Below, one piece after another: positions 59,226 through 64,000 of a DNA stretch of 64,000 nucleotides. The position numbers and the translations under genes are program-made. Each line of letters starts with the position of its first letter. The first letter of the stretch is position 1. The DNA comes from Ignavibacteriota bacterium (GTDB lineage: Bacteria; Bacteroidota; Ignavibacteria; UBA10030; UBA6906). The notes below the pieces were generated by a model. That model saw only the letters and a list, made by a program, of their open reading frames with translations, was not told where the DNA came from and did not search any database. The DNA lies in assembly GCA_963801355.1 (NCBI GenBank), contig CAWDEM010000008.1:2592001-2656000 (forward strand), in the 5' to 3' direction.

Positions 59226-60373
59226 GATCCGGTCTCCCTCTCTGCAGTTTCGAGGGCCCCGCGGCCGAGAGCCAGCTGGACTTCGGTCATTTCCTTCCCC
59301 GTTACGGTACGGAAGAAATCCTGGAGATGGTCGAGCGGTGTCTTTCGCCGCATTTGTTCGAGGGTCATCCCGGCGGCGGCAGCGTAGATGCGTGCCCGAT
59401 CCCATTTCAGACTCAGTGCGTTGGGAAAATGGGCCTGAACAATGGACATGGCGTCGGCAACAGGCTCGTCGTTCCTCAGCGTGACTTCAAGGAAATCCTC
59501 CGGTCCGGGGAGCATTCCCTCCGGATCGATCTCGAACCTTCCTCGCACTATCCGCCCGTTCACACGCCGCATTGCCCTGCGTGGAATGATCGGTATGCGC
59601 CGGACATCGCTGGCGCCGTCGCTGCCGATCTCGCCGAGCTCTATGGATTTCTGTTGGCCTGATTCATCGAACGCATGGGCGAGCAATGACCCCGGATACC
59701 GGACTTTCCCTTTCAGCAGCAGTTGCGGCCTGTGGAGATGACCCATTGCGACATAGACAAAAGGAGCGAACAGATCTGCAGACACCGCTTCCGAACCTCC
59801 GACCGAAAGCTGGCGTTCGCTTCCGGATGACTCGCCGCCTTCAAGAAATGCGTGACCCACGAAAACCGCGCGCTCGCCCGGTGCAATCGTGACAGTCCGC
59901 AATACCGCCTCGTAGGCCTGCTGCTGTGTCCTGACAGATTCATCGTTCAACAGAAACCGTGCGAGTTGGGGTTCCAGGTACGGCAACACGAAGAAGCGGA
60001 CGGGGCCGAAGACGTCTTTGAGTGCCAGGGAGGGTACAGGAATGCGCGGCGTGCCGAAGAGATGGAGACCGCGGAGCTGCAGAAGGTTGCTGAAACAACT
60101 GATCCGCTCGCCGCTGTCGTGATTCCCGGCGATCAGGATCACGCGCCTGCCGAGATCAAGCACGAGGCAGCTGATTGCCCAGTCCAGTAGAGCAACTGCG
60201 TCCGGTGAAGGTGCAGCACGGTCAAACACATCACCCGCTATGATGACAACGTCCGGCCGCTCTTCCTCCGCCACCTTGATGATCTGCTCAAGGGCATAAC
60301 GTTGATCCGCAATGAGGGAAATACCGGGGAGCGATTGCCCGAGATGCCAGTCGGCCGTGTGAAGAATGCGCAT
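59222..60373 (-). CDS. sbcD: SbcD/Mre11 nuclease
   Basis: HTADWHLG, AGDVFD, GNHD, GHLH, YPGS. Confidence 0.95.
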   Translation of the reverse strand: MRILHTADWHLGQSLPGISLIADQRYALEQIIKVAEEERPDVVIIAGDVFDRAAPSPDAVALLDWAISCLVLDLGRRVILIAGNHDSGERISCFSNLLQLRGLHLFGTPRIPVPSLALKDVFGPVRFFVLPYLEPQLARFLLNDESVRTQQQAYEAVLRTVTIAPGERAVFVGHAFLEGGESSGSERQLSVGGSEAVSADLFAPFVYVAMGHLHRPQLLLKGKVRYPGSLLAHAFDESGQQKSIELGEIGSDGASDVRRIPIIPRRAMRRVNGRIVRGRFEIDPEGMLPGPEDFLEVTLRNDEPVADAMSIVQAHFPNALSLKWDRARIYAAAAGMTLEQMRRKTPLDHLQDFFRTVTGKEMTEVQLALGRGALETAERETGS

Positions 60374-60500
60374 GAGGTTTGTTCGCTGCGTTACTCAACT
60401 AATGTCAGACTCCCGGTGTCGAAAAGCAAGCGCCCGAGATGTTCGGTGCACCCCATTCCCCATGCCCTGTGCCCGGCTCACCGGCGGCGGGACCCGCCGT

Positions 60501-61415
60501 TCAGCTGAACAATCCCTCAATCGAGAGATAGCGCTCGCCGGTATCATAGTTGAACGTCAACACCCTGCTCCCTCCCGGCAACTCCGGGAGTTTTTTTGCC
60601 ACTGCCGCCAGCGAGGCGCCGGTAGAGATGCCTACAAAGATCCCCTCTTCTTTCGCAGCCCGCGTGGCATATGCGAACGCCTCTTCCTTGGTCACCTGAA
60701 TCACGCCGCTGAGGAGGCTGGTATCCATGATGGCGGGCACAAACCCTGCACCAATGCCCTGGAGGGGATGCGGACCGGGAGTACCACCGCTCAGAACCGG
60801 CGAGAGTGCCGGCTCCACCGCAAATGTCAGGAGCTTGGGGAATTTCGCTTTCAGGACCTGGGCCACACCGGTGATGTGGCCGCCTGTTCCCACACCGGTG
60901 ATTAGTGCATCGAAGCCTTCCGGAAAGTCATCAAGGATTTCCTGGGCCGTCGTGCGCCTGTGCACATCGGTGTTCGCCTGGTTTTCAAATTGCTGGGGAA
61001 TCCACGAGTTGGGAATCGACGACGCAAGCTGCCCCGCACGCTCGATCGCACCCTTCATCCCCTTCTCCCGGGGAGTGAGGTCACACTCAGCCCCGTATGC
61101 GGATATCAACCGCCTGCGCTCGATGGACATCGATTCGGGCATCACCAGTATCAACCGGTAACCCTTGACTGCCGCCACCATCGCCAATCCGATGCCTGTG
61201 TTCCCGGAAGTCGGCTCAATGATCACGCTTCCCTTCTTGAGAATCCCCCGCTTTTCTGCATCGTCTATCATCGAAAGAGCAATGCGATCCTTGATACTCC
61301 CGCCCGGATTCGCCCGCTCCAGCTTCATCCACACTTCCGATCCATTCGGGTAGAGACGGTTGATCCTGACGGTGGGAGTGTGGCCGATGGTCTGAAGGAT
61401 ATTGGTGGCTCTCAT
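60501..61415 (-). CDS. cysK: Cysteine synthase A
   Basis: [38 protein letters not shown]. Confidence 0.95.
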   Translation of the reverse strand: MRATNILQTIGHTPTVRINRLYPNGSEVWMKLERANPGGSIKDRIALSMIDDAEKRGILKKGSVIIEPTSGNTGIGLAMVAAVKGYRLILVMPESMSIERRRLISAYGAECDLTPREKGMKGAIERAGQLASSIPNSWIPQQFENQANTDVHRRTTAQEILDDFPEGFDALITGVGTGGHITGVAQVLKAKFPKLLTFAVEPALSPVLSGGTPGPHPLQGIGAGFVPAIMDTSLLSGVIQVTKEEAFAYATRAAKEEGIFVGISTGASLAAVAKKLPELPGGSRVLTFNYDTGERYLSIEGLFS

Positions 61416-61618
61416 GCTTACTTCCTCATTTTGCGTGGATGAATTCCATAATATCAACAGCACCGCTCCCGAATCCGTTCCCCCCGCGGGCGGGACTGTA
61501 GCATCTGTCAGGAATCCTTCTAGATTGGGGACATACCCTGTGGAACGGCGTTCCACCTGTGGCGCGCAGCTTCCCCATGCGTTCATCTATGTTCAACCCC
61601 TCGCAAGGACACCTGACC

Positions 61619-63688
61619 ATGCGCTCTTTACTTCTGGCCTTTCTGATACTGCTGACATCCGTATCCGGCATATTTCCCGCCTCCGCCCAAACCCATGTGG
61701 ATTTGACCGGAATATGGGAGCTCCTGCCCGCGCAGAGCTCCGACATCGATCATTTCAGAACACTTACGGTCACCATCCGCGCAAAAGGTGAGCAGCTTAC
61801 CATTATCCACCGCTGGCAGTCACGCCTTGCCGTGGTTGACTCCGTCAGCATCACGCCCGGCGCCCCGCCTGCGAGTATTCCAGCGGCACACTGGGTGTTC
61901 GGCAGCAACATCTTCATGGGGCGGCGATATCCGGAAGGGAGTGCCCGTCAGTACAGTGCCTCGTGGGAGGACGGCGGAAAAGCTCTCGTGGTCCGCGAGA
62001 AATCCCGGCTGCGGGGTTCGCAGGGAGAAGGCGATGTGACCACCGTGCACCGGTACGAATTCGCGGAGGCGAAGGATGTCCTGGCGTACCGCGTCTCGAG
62101 ATCAACAAGAACAACAGGGCCCGAGGTGAAGTACATCCTGAAACGCCAGGGTGCCCGCCATGCATTTGTCGCTCGATTGAGTGACGACTGGACCATTCAG
62201 GGTGGGCTTCCGTCCAATGCGATGATGATCAGTTTGCAGGGACTCGCAAACAAAAAAGACCCTCTTGTCTACCTGCTCTACTCAGCCGACTGGCCTTTTA
62301 CGTATGTGGATTCGGTGCTGGGCTTCTACAAGACCAAACGCTTCTACACATTCACCGAGCTGCGGACCCCTGCCGATGCCGTCAAGCAGCTGGCGCACTA
62401 TGCCAGGGCATATGTTGTCTGGGATACGTCGGTACGCACCTCACTGATCGTGGCGTTCACCGTGGCAGGACTTGAGGATGCCGTGGTTGTCAGCGAAGCG
62501 GAGATCCCGCTGGTCAGAGGAGCCGGTCTCCAGCCGGTGGAGGATTTCAGGGGAAAGTTCACAGGGATGAACGATGCGCAGATCTACACCTGGGCATATC
62601 AACAATACTGGAAACGCTGCAGCAAAGAATACATCATCTGGTTGGGCGGGGAACACGGCAATGTCATGAAACCGGCAGTGGCTGACTATGGCATCGGGAA
62701 GAAAGTGTTTTTCAACGACCTCTCCACGCGCCGGACGGACACCCTGGAGTATGCCCTCTCGCGCACGGTACTTTCAGAAATGAAGCCGATGTCCATGGTG
62801 ATGGGGTGGCACTCGTACAAGAAGGATCTTGAAGAAGAGCATGTGGGCCTGACTTCACAGTTCGGGCACCGCGTGGAAGGACTCAACTCCCTCCCGAACC
62901 TCAGCTTCAGCTCACAGATTCCGGTTTCACCCGGCTTTGTGTTCAAGAACAACCATCATGTCAAGCCCGGCGAAAAGATTCAGCCCAAGGACAAAGTGTA
63001 TATCAGCTGCATCCAGACCGACGGCATGGGACTCGGTGCCTGGGAGAAGCCCGGACGCGGCGAAATCCCCTACGCATGGGAATGCCTGATGAACTACACC
63101 TGGATGGCGCCCGGGATGGCGGAGTACTTCTATTCTACCGCAACACCGAATGATTACCTCATCGGGTGTCTCTCAGGCCCCGGTTACCTGTATCCGAAGG
63201 CCGTGCCGAAAAAATACCTCACTCAGCTGATCGCAATGGCGTGGGACCAGATGAAAGAACTCGACCTGCGGGTGTTCGAGACGATGGACTGGTCGGACGG
63301 CGATGAGGTATCGGGCAACACCGATCTGCCCAAGGACATCATCGACCTCTATTATGACGGCATGCCCGGGGCAATCGGGTTCGTAAACGGATACGGGCCC
63401 GGTTATACGTTCACCGTGCGCGACGGACGGCCGTTTGTCTCGTTTGACTATTATCTCTCGCCAAGGCGTCCGGAAGCGGATGCCGTCGCTGACCTGGAGG
63501 AATTGGCCACGCACAATCCAAAGCGGCCCTACTTTCTCCTGATGCACATCCGGGAATACAGCGATGTCAAGAGAGTGAAGGGAATCCTTGACAGGTTGGG
63601 TCCTGAATTCGAAGTGGTACCACTGGATGTATTTTTGACGATGGCAGGGGCACAACCGACATTCGAGGAACGGACGCTGCAGCGCTGA
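61619..63688 (+). CDS. Secreted GxGYxYP putative glycoside hydrolase with an extra N-terminal beta domain
   Basis: Signal peptide; SLQGLAN, VMGW, NLSF, SGPGYLYP. Confidence 0.8.
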   Translation: MRSLLLAFLILLTSVSGIFPASAQTHVDLTGIWELLPAQSSDIDHFRTLTVTIRAKGEQLTIIHRWQSRLAVVDSVSITPGAPPASIPAAHWVFGSNIFMGRRYPEGSARQYSASWEDGGKALVVREKSRLRGSQGEGDVTTVHRYEFAEAKDVLAYRVSRSTRTTGPEVKYILKRQGARHAFVARLSDDWTIQGGLPSNAMMISLQGLANKKDPLVYLLYSADWPFTYVDSVLGFYKTKRFYTFTELRTPADAVKQLAHYARAYVVWDTSVRTSLIVAFTVAGLEDAVVVSEAEIPLVRGAGLQPVEDFRGKFTGMNDAQIYTWAYQQYWKRCSKEYIIWLGGEHGNVMKPAVADYGIGKKVFFNDLSTRRTDTLEYALSRTVLSEMKPMSMVMGWHSYKKDLEEEHVGLTSQFGHRVEGLNSLPNLSFSSQIPVSPGFVFKNNHHVKPGEKIQPKDKVYISCIQTDGMGLGAWEKPGRGEIPYAWECLMNYTWMAPGMAEYFYSTATPNDYLIGCLSGPGYLYPKAVPKKYLTQLIAMAWDQMKELDLRVFETMDWSDGDEVSGNTDLPKDIIDLYYDGMPGAIGFVNGYGPGYTFTVRDGRPFVSFDYYLSPRRPEADAVADLEELATHNPKRPYFLLMHIREYSDVKRVKGILDRLGPEFEVVPLDVFLTMAGAQPTFEERTLQR

Positions 63689-63718
63689 TCACAACCGGCG
63701 CAGGAAATTGAAGAGCCC

Positions 63719-64000
63719 TCAGTCCTGAGAGGAACGTTCGTGTGAGCGCCCGTACCTGTTGTGTGCGCACATTGCGACAACTTCCTTGCGCACCTTGGGA
63801 CGGAGCGGATATCCTTCGGCCGGATAGCCAAGTGTGATCAGCAGACCGACCCTGGTACCCCGGGGGATATCCAGCAACTGCTTGATCACCTTTTCATTGA
63901 ACCAACCGATCATGCAGGTCCCCAGCCCGAGGTCGGCAGCCTGCAGGCAGAAGTGTTCCGCGGCAATGCCGATATCGATAAGCGGGAATTCGCGCTCCTT
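63719..64000 (-). CDS. Nitroreductase family protein (5' end outside window)
   Basis: Reads DIGIAAEHFCLQAADLGLGTCMIGWF...LGYP. Confidence 0.85.
   Translation of the reverse strand, partial: KEREFPLIDIGIAAEHFCLQAADLGLGTCMIGWFNEKVIKQLLDIPRGTRVGLLITLGYPAEGYPLRPKVRKEVVAMCAHNRYGRSHERSSQD

Noticed and set aside
56190-60373. SbcCD (and AddAB, HrpB) as an anti-phage defence island
   Set aside because: Canonical housekeeping repair genes with no HerA/NurA, effector or mobility genes adjacent.

Overview
A gene-dense, GC-rich (~60% by eye) bacterial chromosomal segment with no prophage, IS, rRNA, tRNA or CRISPR array. A T9SS-type C-terminal sorting domain together with TTGACA/TATAAT-like promoters suggests an Ignavibacteria-like member of the Bacteroidota/FCB group (inference). 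Main contents, in order: a DUF362 plus membrane polyferredoxin pair; trpB2 behind a complete Trp-rich leader-peptide attenuator; a minus-strand run archease-rtcB-alaX-CDF transporter-Cyc2-like heme/porin-addA-addB, preceded by a structured leader RNA with promoter and terminator and by a 13/39-nt hairpin array; an Rrf2 operon with a perfect palindromic operator; a variant anaerobic purine-catabolism cluster (fused PreT-PreA-like reductase, ssnA, ygeY, hydantoinase, Mo-hydroxylase, ygeW, two PLP enzymes, mocA, xdhC) containing a 10-nt tandem array; then hrpB, carbohydrate genes, sbcCD and cysK. Two genes (GH2 mannosidase, pepF) are split by +1 frameshifts. The best novelty candidates are the rtcB-operon leader RNA with its hairpin array, the trpB2 attenuator and the variant purine pathway. 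All calls come from manual motif recognition; no searches or folding programs were run.
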